Positions 1 through 10,892 of a stretch of DNA of 64,000 nt are shown here, piece by piece (the first letter of the stretch is position 1; every line of letters begins with the position of its first letter). The stretch covers positions 216,256,001 through 216,320,000 of the forward strand of contig OZ024742.1 of assembly GCA_964016885.1 (NCBI GenBank), in the 5' to 3' direction. This DNA comes from Eledone cirrhosa (lineage: Eukaryota). The translations under genes were made by a program, and so were the position numbers. A model generated the notes under the pieces. The model was given only the letters and a program-made list of their open reading frames with translations, was not told the DNA's origin and did no database searches.

Positions 1-911
1 GAATAAGAAAAGAAATGTGGAAGACATGGAAAAAATTTCTTAACATGAGAAAACAAAACTTGTGAAAAGCATACATATGCGAAAAATATGTCGAAACACA
101 TACAAAATGGCTTTCTCTAACGGCACCCATACTCCCTCGTAAATACCATATTAAAGAAATTGCAGGAGAGCCAGAAGAAGAAACAAAACTCGGATGGGAA
201 CTTACATTGACAAAATTCAGGACCGACATCTCCATTACTCAATGTAAACAATCCTGCTACAAAGCCAAATATGAAGCTATCGCTGACCAAATTGAAGTCG
301 AAATTTCTAAGCTAACGACTGGTAATATAGCTGAAAAACTACGAGAACTATGGATCAGAGATATCTCAAAAGAAGAAAGCAAATCAAGAAAATTATAGCA
401 GCAGAAAGAATTATTTCTCGACGAATATGCTGCAAATTACGGTAAAGACTCTGGAACTCTGAGAAAAAGCATTAAAAGTGGACAATGACACCAGCACAAA
501 ATACACATGAACACGTGGCAACACAAACACTCATCTCACCTTGGATCGAAGAGAACTACGGTAAGAACTCTTCGCTTTTTCTACAAAAACACCCTAACGC
601 ACACAACATTAATAAAAAGCAAAAACACGATAGATAATCCTTTGACCAGACCATGAGAAGTAGAAAAACCAGGAGATCATTTTCAAGATCTCAACAGAGA
701 TTACCCACAAGAAACTGGGCAAAAAAACGATCTAAAAATGAAAGCAAACCTAGGTCATTTTCCCAGATTGTTAAAAATAATGCTAACAAGAAATGGAAAA
801 TTAATATACATAATACCAAAAATAGGAAAAAGACATAACGAAACTAAGTATAATATCACGAACAAAAGTTCATCAAGCAAACACCAACAGGAATATAAAT
901 GATGAACAGAG

Positions 912-1848
912 ATGAGTAGTACCAAATTACCATTCCTAGATATAATGGTAATCAAAAACGACACCACCATTACCTTGGATATATATTATAAACACACAGA
1001 CACCCATCAATATCTGAATTTTAAGTCGTGCCATCCACCTCATAAAAAACGCAACATCCCATACTACTTAGCCAGAAGAATTTGTACCATTGTAGAAGAT
1101 ACGAATACCAGGAACAAACGCCTAACAGAACTGAGAGAATTTTTCCTCAAACAAAAATACCCATCTCTACTTATAGAAAATGGCATACAGCGGGCTATAA
1201 AAATACCTATACAACAACTTAGGACAACCCAAGGAAAAAGAAACCAAGAACTGGTCATACCATTTATAATGACACACACCCCATGTCACCAGAATATCTT
1301 CAACACTGCCAAAGCAAACCTACCGATCATTGCTGAAAGTAATGAATTAAAATCTTTAATCACAGACCGAGCTTTGATTTTTAGTAAAAGACAGCCGAAA
1401 AATTTGAAGCAATTACTAACAAAGGCAAAGTTTGACCTTAACAACAAAGACCAAACATTCACTGTATCTAAATGCAATGATAGTCGATGTGGCACATGTC
1501 AATCCATACACACTGGTCAATATATGAACACAAAAACTGGAAAAATATTCCCAAATGCTAATATGAACTGCAAAAGCAGAAATTTAATTTAATGCATTAA
1601 ATGCCCGAATTGTGAAGAATTATATGTCGGTCAAACTAGAAATGCACTATCGGAACGTGCACGAATGCACCGACAGTAAATCAGAGACCCAAATGTCCGT
1701 CAGATACCTCTGCAACAGATAGCAACATGTGGTCAGAAAATATTTATAATATTTCTATTCTACAAACTATACAGCCCAAGTGAAATCAAGAGAAAAATTA
1801 AAGAAAATAATTTTATTGATAAATTCCAACCCAAGCTAAATGAAGAAT
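912..1848 (+). pseudogene. PLE RT thumb + GIY-YIG endonuclease remnant
   Basis: ORF 912-1592 continues through in-frame stops and matches copy B 53223-54127. Confidence 0.88.
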
Positions 1849-1931
1849 AATAATGCTTAGAGGTATTACTTATACTATGACTACGCCTACGACCATGTCG
1901 ACTACCACCACTAACAACAACAACAATAATA

Positions 1932-2030
1932 ATAATTGTTTCTACGTTAGGAACAAGGCCAGCAATTACCCAGTGCATTACTGGTACTTTATTTTATCGA
2001 CCCCGTAAGGATGAAAGGCAAAGTCAACCT
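1932..2030 (-). mobile_element. SINE, 3' fragment inserted in the PLE 3' UTR
   Basis: Reverse complement of the SINE core (ctttgcctttcatccttacggggtcgataaaataaagtaccag) and tail (gtagaaacaattat). Confidence 0.9.
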
Positions 2031-2373
2031 TAATAATAAAACAACCATAATAATAATAAAAGTGATGTTGATGGTGATGATTCCTGAAGATTTTTTTATA
2101 AAAAGCCTAGAAAATGCTATTTTCATCATTTCTAAAAATAGCAAAACAATTGATGCTTTGGATAGGGTCAAATAGAAGTCGTTAGACATGCTCAACCATC
2201 CGTGTCGCCTAAACCAATCAGCTTTAGTAATCTAGTGAAACCACACACCGATTGGTCGAAATACAGTTTGCAAAACTTAGCATTCTGCAGCCCATTTTTA
2301 CTGTAAATAAGGTACAGTTTTTAGCCATCTCATTACAGTTGAAAATTGCCAACTTGACTGTCACCATTGAATA

Positions 2374-2412
2374 TGAAACTGAAGATTGAGAAAGCATGAA
2401 ATTACTTGTTCA
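2374..2412 (+). ncRNA. Minimal type I hammerhead motif in the pLTR of PLE copy A (decayed)
   Basis: tgaaa CTGAAGA ttga gaaa gcat GAAA ttac TT gttca. The consensus with copy B restores all three stems. Confidence 0.6.
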
Positions 2413-2550
2413 ATTAACATTTAATATTCTATATACTATTTCATTATAATGTCATTATAATTTTAAAGGATTGTTAATAAAACGAGTAAATCAGACAAAG
2501 TTGGAATTCCTTTTATTAATATAATCTTCTATACACAATTATACACACCC

Positions 2551-2653
<103 letters not shown>

Positions 2654-4487
2654 GAGAGAGAGAGAGAGAGAGCGAGTAGGGGAGAGAGAGAGCGAGTAGG
2701 GGAGAGAGAGATTGCTGTATGCATGTGTTGATATGGTATAAAATGTCTTTTAAAATAGGTTGGAGAATCTTAAAGACGGAAAAAGACCTTGTCATCTGTG
2801 TTTACCGGGATCTGCGTCTCTGGATCTGCGAGCAACACAAATAGCGTTACGGATTCACAATGTCGGTCTAACACTAAGGAATGTCACTGCTGGCTTCATA
2901 TCGCAGCTCTAAAGTGTAAGGTTTACCTAGATTTCTCAGTGGTACGACCCTTATCATGGGCTTGACATGCACTGACACCTCCTCTACTACCAATCTGGTG
3001 TAATCACCGACACTCCCAGACTAAAACATACAAGCTGTTGAAATACCGGGTTTTTTCTATTAGGTTTATAATTGAAACTAAAGAGTTAGAAATCTCTTGC
3101 GGATTGAGTCCTCTACTCACTGCTTTGAAAATGAAATGAATGCCGCAATTTGGAGATGTATTGTAAAGCACATGATGCTTGCAATCTCCCGGTGTAACGC
3201 CTATCTTCTGGAACGATGTGTTTACATTCACCTGCGGTTTTGTGCGTCAGAACAAGCTATAGAAAGAATATGGAGACCTTTCATTGGCTGGGTCAGATTG
3301 TTAACATTAGAGTTTTCCTCCTACTAGAATGATGATCTAACAAGAACCAAGGTTCTCTTACTCCCAGTAGGCTAACCTCGAACGCGAGCAGCAAACCCAG
3401 TATGTCCATGTCCCCGCACACACGTACATTCATCATATGTTCTGTCTAACGCCTCATATGATTGTAACTGAGACACAGTAATACATTTTTCTACCCAGTA
3501 CCCCACTCATCATATATTTAAAAACTCCGAGCTGATTTATATCAAGATATTTAAGTGTCTGGTCTTAACACTAATCACAATTGTGTGTATCCAAAGACAT
3601 ACATACACATAACCAAACACACATTTCTACGATTAAACACATTATCTTGCATAAACTCATACACATATAAACACATAAGCAGAGTTTACACACATATAAT
3701 ATTCGAAGACGCGTATACGTGTATATTTATCATGAGGAGGGCGGGGAAACGATCATTAGACCAACTTTAGCATAGTATTTCAAGAATCAGGATATTAGTA
3801 AATTTTATGTTAACTTTGGCGTCCTAAATTTTAGTAATAAGAACTACCCCGCTATAATTTTGTGGCCTTTGTACTGAGGAAAAATGCTTCCCCTTTGCCT
3901 AATCTGGACAAGTGGTACAAAAATAGATATAAGAACAACTTGCTTAGTTTCACCGTTCATTACCACGTCATTACGGATATCTAATTAAGAGAGAGAAAAA
4001 TAAAAAGGGAAAATATTAGTGCGAACATATATAATTATTTACGAAAATTGGGTGTACAATCGACACATCTTTTGGTCATTTGTACGTCAGCACTTTTGTT
4101 GATCATGCAGATTAATTAACTAAATTATTGACAGGCTTCTTTTCTATGCTTTAGTTAATTAATATTCCTTACCAATGAATGTACTGTTATGAGAATATCA
4201 ATAAAAGCAGTGTCTGTTACTCATTACGCATTTACATATAGTGGTAACGAATTTCTCCTTTTTTCTCTCTCTCTTCCACCCCTGTTTTCCTATATGCACA
4301 TGAGGTAAACACACTTGATATACTGGTAATGACCAGCAAGACTCGCTAAGTTTATACAATAGAACTCTGCTTTTTAAGCAGAGTGCGATGTTCACAGTAA
4401 TGCTAAAGGCATGTTAATTGAATTTATACGTGTAATATGGAGTACTCGGGTGAGTAATGGTCTAACTGGTTTTTATCGCGTCCATTA

Positions 4488-4537
<50 letters not shown>

Positions 4538-4698
4538 TAGGTAGTACGGTGAAGTACTGGTGTTGGTAACAAATTGTTCAAACACTCTATGGCAGAGTGT
4601 ATATAATAGAAAAAACGAGTAAGTTTCGTTTACATATGAAAAATATTTATTGCGTTTTGCAGAGGATTGGCTCAAGGTGACCCATAGGAGTTATGGAC

Positions 4699-4860
4699 CC
4701 GACTCCAGTATCGATCATCTCCTGGTGATGCGACACAAGATATATTTTTGTTCAAATTGTTCGCAGAAATGTTGAATTAAATGATGTGGAACTCCTCTTA
4801 CAGAACTCGCCCCATGGACTGAGTGATCTATTACTGCGGATATAACCCACAAGTGTTCTA

Positions 4861-4935
<75 letters not shown>

Positions 4936-5101
4936 TGGTAGAACACTTGTGGCTTATATACGCAGTAATAGATCACTCCATGGGGCAAGTTCTGTAAGAG
5001 TAATTCCACATCATTTCATTTAATTCAACATTTCCGCGAACAATTTGAACAAAAATATATCTTTTGTCACATCACCAGGAGATGATCGATACTGGAGTCG
5101 G
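4699..5101. repeat. Inverted repeat, ~165-bp arms around a (TA)/(TG) spacer, containing a degenerate hammerhead-like motif
   Basis: Arms 4699-4866 and 4932-5101. CTGGTGA-TGCGA...TCGCA-GAAA at 4722-4769. Confidence 0.85.
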
Positions 5102-5566
5102 TAGTGAAGACGTATATATATATATATATATATATAGATAATTTAATATATCAACTAACATAAGCGCACAGATGCACGCCTATGCCAGCAAATACACAGG
5201 TTATGTCATAGTACCTGGGTGGTTCAATGCAGGAGGATGCAGAACAATAATATAAAAGACGTAAAATAAGAAAATCCTTTTAAAAAAAAAAAAATATATA
5301 TATATATAGTAGGAGAAAAACCTAAAGTGGATATATCTGCTCCTGATTGATTTCGATGAGATTTCCGGAAGACGTTTGTGTACTATCATCGATATAATTA
5401 ATTAAATGGCTAATAATTTAGTCGATCGGAATTATATCTCTCATAATCGATACATTCATAAAAATGTATGATTTAGCAAGACTTTTGTTACATCTTATAT
5501 ATATGTATATATATATATATATATATATAGGGTTGTTTATAACCCGGTCATTTATATATATATATA

Positions 5567-5801
5567 AATGACCGGGTTCCGTATGAATCCGGTGATATCA
5601 TCAGGTATTGGAAATACAATAAATGAATGTAATAGGTAAAATCCATGGGGCTGAAAATCAAAGACAGGAGGACGACCGACCATCATGATCGGTCGTCCTG
5701 CTGTCTTTCATTTTCAGCCTCATGGATTTTACCTATTAAATTTATTTATTCTATTTCCAATACCTGATGATATCACCGGATTCATACGGAACCCGGTCAT
5801 T
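5567..5801. repeat. Foldback palindrome centred at 5684, at the 5' side of a hammerhead-bearing unit
   Basis: ~117-bp arms with scattered mismatches, plus a small extra hairpin at 5541-5578. Confidence 0.92.
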
Positions 5802-5817
5802 GAAATGATCATAGTAT
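5760..5817 (+). ncRNA. Type I hammerhead ribozyme, core intact
   Basis: atac CTGATGA t-atcaccgg..ccggtcat-t GAAA tgatca TA gtat. Palindromic stem III ATGATCAT. Confidence 0.85.
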
Positions 5818-6080
5818 AATAAACCTTTCAAGGATTTACACAAGTCCAGCCTCCTGTCATTTTATTATAATATTTAATTCCGTACTAGCACCACCAACTA
5901 CAAAAACGAAGACGGTTGAACTGCTTTACGTTGAGTACTCTCCATATTATTACATTAAGATTGACCATACGGAATTGACCAGCTCTATCCAGTGGTGAAC
6001 CTTCAAACCCGAATATATATATATATATAAAATAAAATAAAATAAATAAGTCAAATATTTAAAATGTGGCTTCGTTTATT

Positions 6081-6135
6081 ACTGCTATATATATGTCGGT
6101 GACAACCATCTTTGGCTGTGACCTCTTCAGGCAGT
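6081..6135 (-). ncRNA. Type I hammerhead motif (GAAA changed to GACA)
   Basis: Minus strand: actgc CTGAAGA ggtcacagcca aaga tggttgtcacc GACA tatata TA gcagt. Confidence 0.8.
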
Positions 6136-7825
6136 CCGAATTAGTGTGGTATAGTCGAGTACACATGTTGTTGAGGTGTTTAACTTTGTCAATACTCTGA
6201 TATGCCCAGTTCCTGGTTGGGTTGTTATTTCACTGAGGAACTGGAATCATATGAATTTAAACAAACGAATTTCAGTGTCAGAGGACATCCTCTCCTCCCA
6301 TTTGTCAGTTGTGAGAACATTCCTCAGTCAAAAGTCTATAGAAATTTGTTCTGAGGCGAGGCAATCTGTAGTGGTTATTCTTGTTATTGTTAAGTACATC
6401 TGACCTCTAACCTTATGTTGGTAGTGGTGTTGGTGTTGGAGTCAGCTCAAAAAAATGATAAAATGATTAAAATGGTAAAATGGTAGAAGGAATAATATGG
6501 TAAGAGAATAAAATAAGATAATCAAATAAAATGTGTGTGTTATAACCAATCTCAAAGTTAGAAAGATTTTTAAGATTCACGCCTCCCATTGGTCAGTTGT
6601 GAGAGCATTCTTCAGTCAACAGTCTATAGAAATTCTTTCTGGGGTGAGGCTATCTTTTGTGTTTGTTTTGCTATTGTTAAGTACATCTGGCCTCTACCCT
6701 TATTTTGGTAGTGGTGTTGGTGCTGCGGTCAGCCTTGGTCTTGCTGCTGCAGATCTTAGAAGAATCTGTGTGTGTTTGCATCCATCCTGTTACCATTTCT
6801 CGTGGTGGTGGTGGGGGAGAGGTGCCAATCATATGAAGAAATAAAAGGCAATAAAGTGAAAATAAGATAATATAAACAATGAAAATGAAAATGAAAATAA
6901 GATAATATAAACAAATAATTAAACAAAAAAATGATAAAATGTAGAAGGAATAAGTTGGGAATAGAATAAAATAAGATAATCAAATAAAATGTGTGTGTGT
7001 TATAACCAATCTCAAAGTTAGAAAGATTTGTAAGATCCACGTCTCCCATTGGTCAGTTGTGAGAGCATTCCTCAGTCAAAATTCTATAGAAATTCTTTCT
7101 GGGGTGAGGCTATCTGTAGTGTTTGTTTTTGCTATTGTTAAGTATATCTGACTTCTACCCTTATTCTGGTAGTGGTGTTGGTGCTGCGGTCAGCCTAGGT
7201 CTTGCTGCTGGTGATTTTAGAAGTATTTGTGTGTGGTTGCATCCATCCTGCCACCATTTCTCGTGGTGGTGGTTTTGTGCCATGTATATGAAGAAATAAA
7301 AGGCAATAAAATGAAGAAAATAGAAAATAAATGATAAATAAGAAAATGAAGATTCAAATAAAATAAAATAAAATGTGTGTGTGTTTTAACCAATCTCAAA
7401 GTTATAAAGATGTGCTGCTGTCAGCCTAGGTCTAGCTGCTGATGATTTTAGAAGTATCTGTGTGTGGTTGCATCCATCCTGCCACCATTTCTCGTGGTGG
7501 TAGTGGTGGTGGGGGAGGGTTGTGCCATGCATATGACGAAATAAAAGGCAATAAAATGAAGAAAATAGAAAATAAATGAAGAATAAGAAAATGAAGATTC
7601 AAATAAAATAAAATATAATGTGTGTTGCTCTCACAACTGACCAATGGGAGGCGTGGATCTTACAAATCTTCCTAACTTTGAGATTGGTTATAACACACAC
7701 ACATTTTATTTGATTATCTTATTTTATTCTCTTACCATATTATTCCTTCTACCATTTTATCATTTTTATCATTTTATCATTTTTTTAGCTGACTCCAACA
7801 CCATTTTTTTATTTATTTATACTAA

Positions 7826-7964
7826 TCATTATTTCTGAAGACGGCGGGTAGTGAAGACGTATGTATATTTTCTTATTATGATATTTCGTAATATATTTTA
7901 CATAGATCAATAATAGAATGGACATACGGGGAACGACCTCCCAGAAACGATCGTAAAATAATGA
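7826..7964 (+). ncRNA. Type I hammerhead with a very long stem II loop
   Basis: tcattattt CTGAAGA ...~100 nt... GAAA cgatcg TA aaataatga. Perfect 9-bp stem I; palindromic stem III ACGATCGT. Confidence 0.8.
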
Positions 7965-8068
7965 GTTTTACTATGAATTAACCGTTTTTTGTTTAATTAC
8001 ATTGTTTTACTATATGTATAAATAATATATATAATATAACATCAAAAGATGGTTAAAAGAGTTCCATG

Positions 8069-8139
8069 TATTTTATTATGCGCATTTCAAAAACAAATAT
8101 CATTATGGGATAGTACTTGCGTTCTCATCAGATAAAATA
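8069..8139 (-). ncRNA. Type I hammerhead ribozyme, core intact
   Basis: Minus strand: tattttat CTGATGA gaacgcaagtactatc..gatatttgttttt GAAA tgcgca TA ataaaata. Confidence 0.87.
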
Positions 8140-8857
8140 GGGAGACATGATATGAAGTTTAAAAAACACTTGTGAGCTGTGAAGTGTTAAATCTACATAT
8201 GAAAAATAAAATAAGATGGATATATGAGATTGGGAAAAAAAGAAGGAAGGGGGAAGGAAAGGTAAGGAAGGGGAAGAAAGAAAATAAAAGATGTCGGCGG
8301 AGAAGTATAAGAAGGAAGGATGAGAAATGAGTGAGAGAGAGAGAGATAGCGTTTAATACTGAGAAACACTGTCCCACAGAGAGAAATAAAAAAACCGTTG
8401 TAAGATAATACATAATTTTAAAACATTTTGAAATTAAAATTTAATGAGGCTTATGAATGGTGATATTTATGAGTAAAGAAAAAGGAATTAAGAATAGTAT
8501 TTATTTAAGGTTTATATATAGAAGGGTTTAATATTATGTGCGAAAAGGAATTTATTAATATGTATTATTAAAATTAAAATATTAAGGAGATAAGGTGAAT
8601 GAAGATGAAATTAAATGAATTATGAACTTAAAGGAATTAGTTAGGGTCTAAGTTTATTTCTATGTATTGTAATATGAAAAAGTAAATAATAGGTTTAATA
8701 CGAGCACGGAAGGAGAGAAGAAAGGAGAAAATTTAAGGAAGAAAAAATATATTACGTCAAAAAAATATGTTTACAAAATTTACTAATGGTAATATTAGTT
8801 TATATTAAAAATATAGTTTGTATGGCCAAGAATATAAGGAAAATGCTATAGTGAGTA

Positions 8858-8991
8858 ATAATTGTTTCTACTTAAGGCACAAGGCCAGCAATTACCTAGT
8901 GCATTACTGGTACTTTATTTTATCGACCCCGTAAGGATGAAAGGCAAAGTCAACCTCGGCGGGATTTGAACTCAGATCGTAAAGGGAGTAA
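8858..8991 (-). mobile_element. SINE, 5'-truncated
   Basis: SINE core, tail and B-box-like gagttcaaatcc. Confidence 0.9.
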
Positions 8992-9240
8992 TAATATGAA
9001 TTAAGAAGTAATTGAGAAGTAAAAGTTACAGATTAAAGATTAGAAATTAAAAAAGAAAAAAGGAAAAAAGAAAAAAGGAAAAAAGGAAAAAGGATAAAAA
9101 AGAAGAAAAATAGGGGACCACTAACGACATAAAATGAGTAAATTGTATAATATAATATACTGAAATAAGGTAGAAATATTTGTAAAATATATAAAAGCGT
9201 TTGAGAAAAGAAGATTTTAAACTAATTATGTATTGAGATA

Positions 9241-9680
9241 TTAGCTGTAGACTTTATGGAAAGTTCTATGGGATCTATGCAAGCAGAGCGAAAATAAATC
9301 CGTACGTCTATTTATTATAGAATTAAAATTAGAGATAATGGTAAATTTCTCGGCTAGGCAGAGATTACATGTTCTGGATAGGTAAGAATTACGGTAAGGA
9401 GAGGCGTTGCAAACCTTCCTACAAGAAATGTTGTAGTTAAGATTTTTATCTTTTAAGGACCATATGAATTCTGAGAGTGCCGTGTTAGTTCTTTTAAGTT
9501 GGTATTTAAAAGACGAATTGTGATTATAAAATCTTGCTTTAAAGGAAGTGGAAGTGGAACCAAAATAGCTAAAATAATTAGTACCAGTTTTAACCTTACA
9601 TTCATACACTAAATTTTTATCAAGACATTGGTTATTAAGAGGACATTTAGTTCTAACAGGGCAATTACAATTACGATTAG
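9241..9680 (-). pseudogene. PLE GIY-YIG endonuclease
   Basis: CNCPVRTKCPLNNQCL linker, then VYECKV..YFGSTSTSFKARFYNH, TALSEFIWSLK, CNLCLAEK, INRRTDLFSLCLH. Confidence 0.88.
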
Positions 9681-9770
9681 AGAAATTACCAGAGTTATTA
9701 ACAAGTGACCCAGTATTATTTATAGAAGGAATTGGATTGGAAGTTAGCTAGTTTGACGTTGTTTTCAAAT

Positions 9771-10300
9771 TCAATTTTCAAATTCAATTTTTAGGTTATT
9801 GTGCTTAAATAGATCAAGTATATTATTCTTAATAATATTAAGGTTAACTAGGTTACAGTTTAAGACAGAAAAAAGGGCATCGTCACGATAAATTCCACCG
9901 CGAAGTTGAGGAATTTTCCGATTTAAAGAATTCAAAATAAAGATACCAATCAAGTCCGTCAATTGCGTTGAATCCGACGAACCCATTGTGATATCAAAAT
10001 TGTTGGAAGTATCAGTTCTAGTCCAATATTCGTTGTTGAATTCCAGGATAGTTTTTCTTGTGGTGAGAATGATGTAAAGTTCATCTGTGGTAATGTCAGA
10101 ATATTTAAATGCGAAATATAGAGCGTTGTTGAGGAGTGAAGGTGAAATAGAAGAATAGTAACTGGCAATGTAAAACTGAATACATTTTTGTTTGTTTTTA
10201 TTATTCAGGTCATTGAACCAGTTAATTACATCAGATGTACCAATCCATAAATTTAAGTTAGAAATAGAGCAATTAGAACGAACCTGTGGGATAATACTTG
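9771..10300 (-). pseudogene. PLE reverse transcriptase core fragment (thumb deleted)
   Basis: FYIASYYSSI, DITMGS and GGIYRDD motifs. Confidence 0.88.
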
Positions 10301-10399
10301 TTTTCCCAATCTCATATATGCATCTTATTTTATTTTTCATATGTAGATTTAAAACTTCACTGCTGGCAAGTGGTTTTTAAACTTCATATCATGTCTCCC

Positions 10400-10470
10400 T
10401 ACTTTATCTGACGAGAACGCAAGTATCATCCCATGTTGATATTTGGTTTTCAAATGCGCATAATAAAATA
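10400..10470 (+). ncRNA. Hammerhead motif in the inverted pLTR (GAAA changed to CAAA)
   Basis: Copy of the 8069-8139 motif: CTGACGA ... CAAA tgcgca TA ataaa. Confidence 0.75.
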
Positions 10471-10591
10471 CATGGAACTCTTTTAACCATCTTTTGATCT
10501 TATATTATTTATACTCCAGTCCTATAAACTGTTGAGTGCTACTTATCCGATATTTGCATTGCTTTATTGTGCTTCAATAAAACTCACCTCC

Positions 10592-10637
<46 letters not shown>

Positions 10638-10801
10638 TATAGATATTCGATAATCAGCTCCCCCGGTTCCTAATCATGACCTCACAGAGACGAGTGTCTT
10701 CAGGAATGGATAAGTAGTAAGCATGTATATGAGCATAAATCCCCCCCCATATGCATACACATGCATACACATGCACATACATGCACACGCACACACTCAC
10801 A

Positions 10802-10892
<91 letters not shown>

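Larger units (their letters stand above)
1..2520 (+). mobile_element. Penelope-like retroelement, Neptune-like, copy A; runs off the window start, RT core deleted
   Basis: Broken N-terminal ORF (207-~480), RT thumb (LPFLDI..IYYKHTDTHQYLNFKSCHP), Cys-rich linker (CNDSRCGTC) and GIY-YIG (NLI*CIKCPNC..YVGQT). Colinear with copy B from ~810 to ~2520 including the 3' UTR. Confidence 0.92.
6030..8025. mobile_element. PLE-derived non-coding mosaic: ~445-bp tandem units on the minus strand plus an inverted segment, with a hammerhead at each outer end
   Basis: 6505-6960 resembles 6960-7410; partial units at 6290-6447 and 7412-7624; 7625-7803 is the reverse complement of ~6425-6608. Confidence 0.7.
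8026..10593 (-). mobile_element. Penelope-like element (CxC/YRDD type, tentatively Hydra clade) with a 3' pLTR and an inverted pLTR at the 5' truncation
   Basis: RT and GIY-YIG remnants on the minus strand; 8026-8238 is the reverse complement of ~10301-10515; both pLTRs carry a hammerhead. Confidence 0.9.

Noticed and set aside
6290-7620. CRISPR-like or coding tandem array
   Set aside because: Units are long and imperfect, have no unique spacers and have no consistent reading frame.
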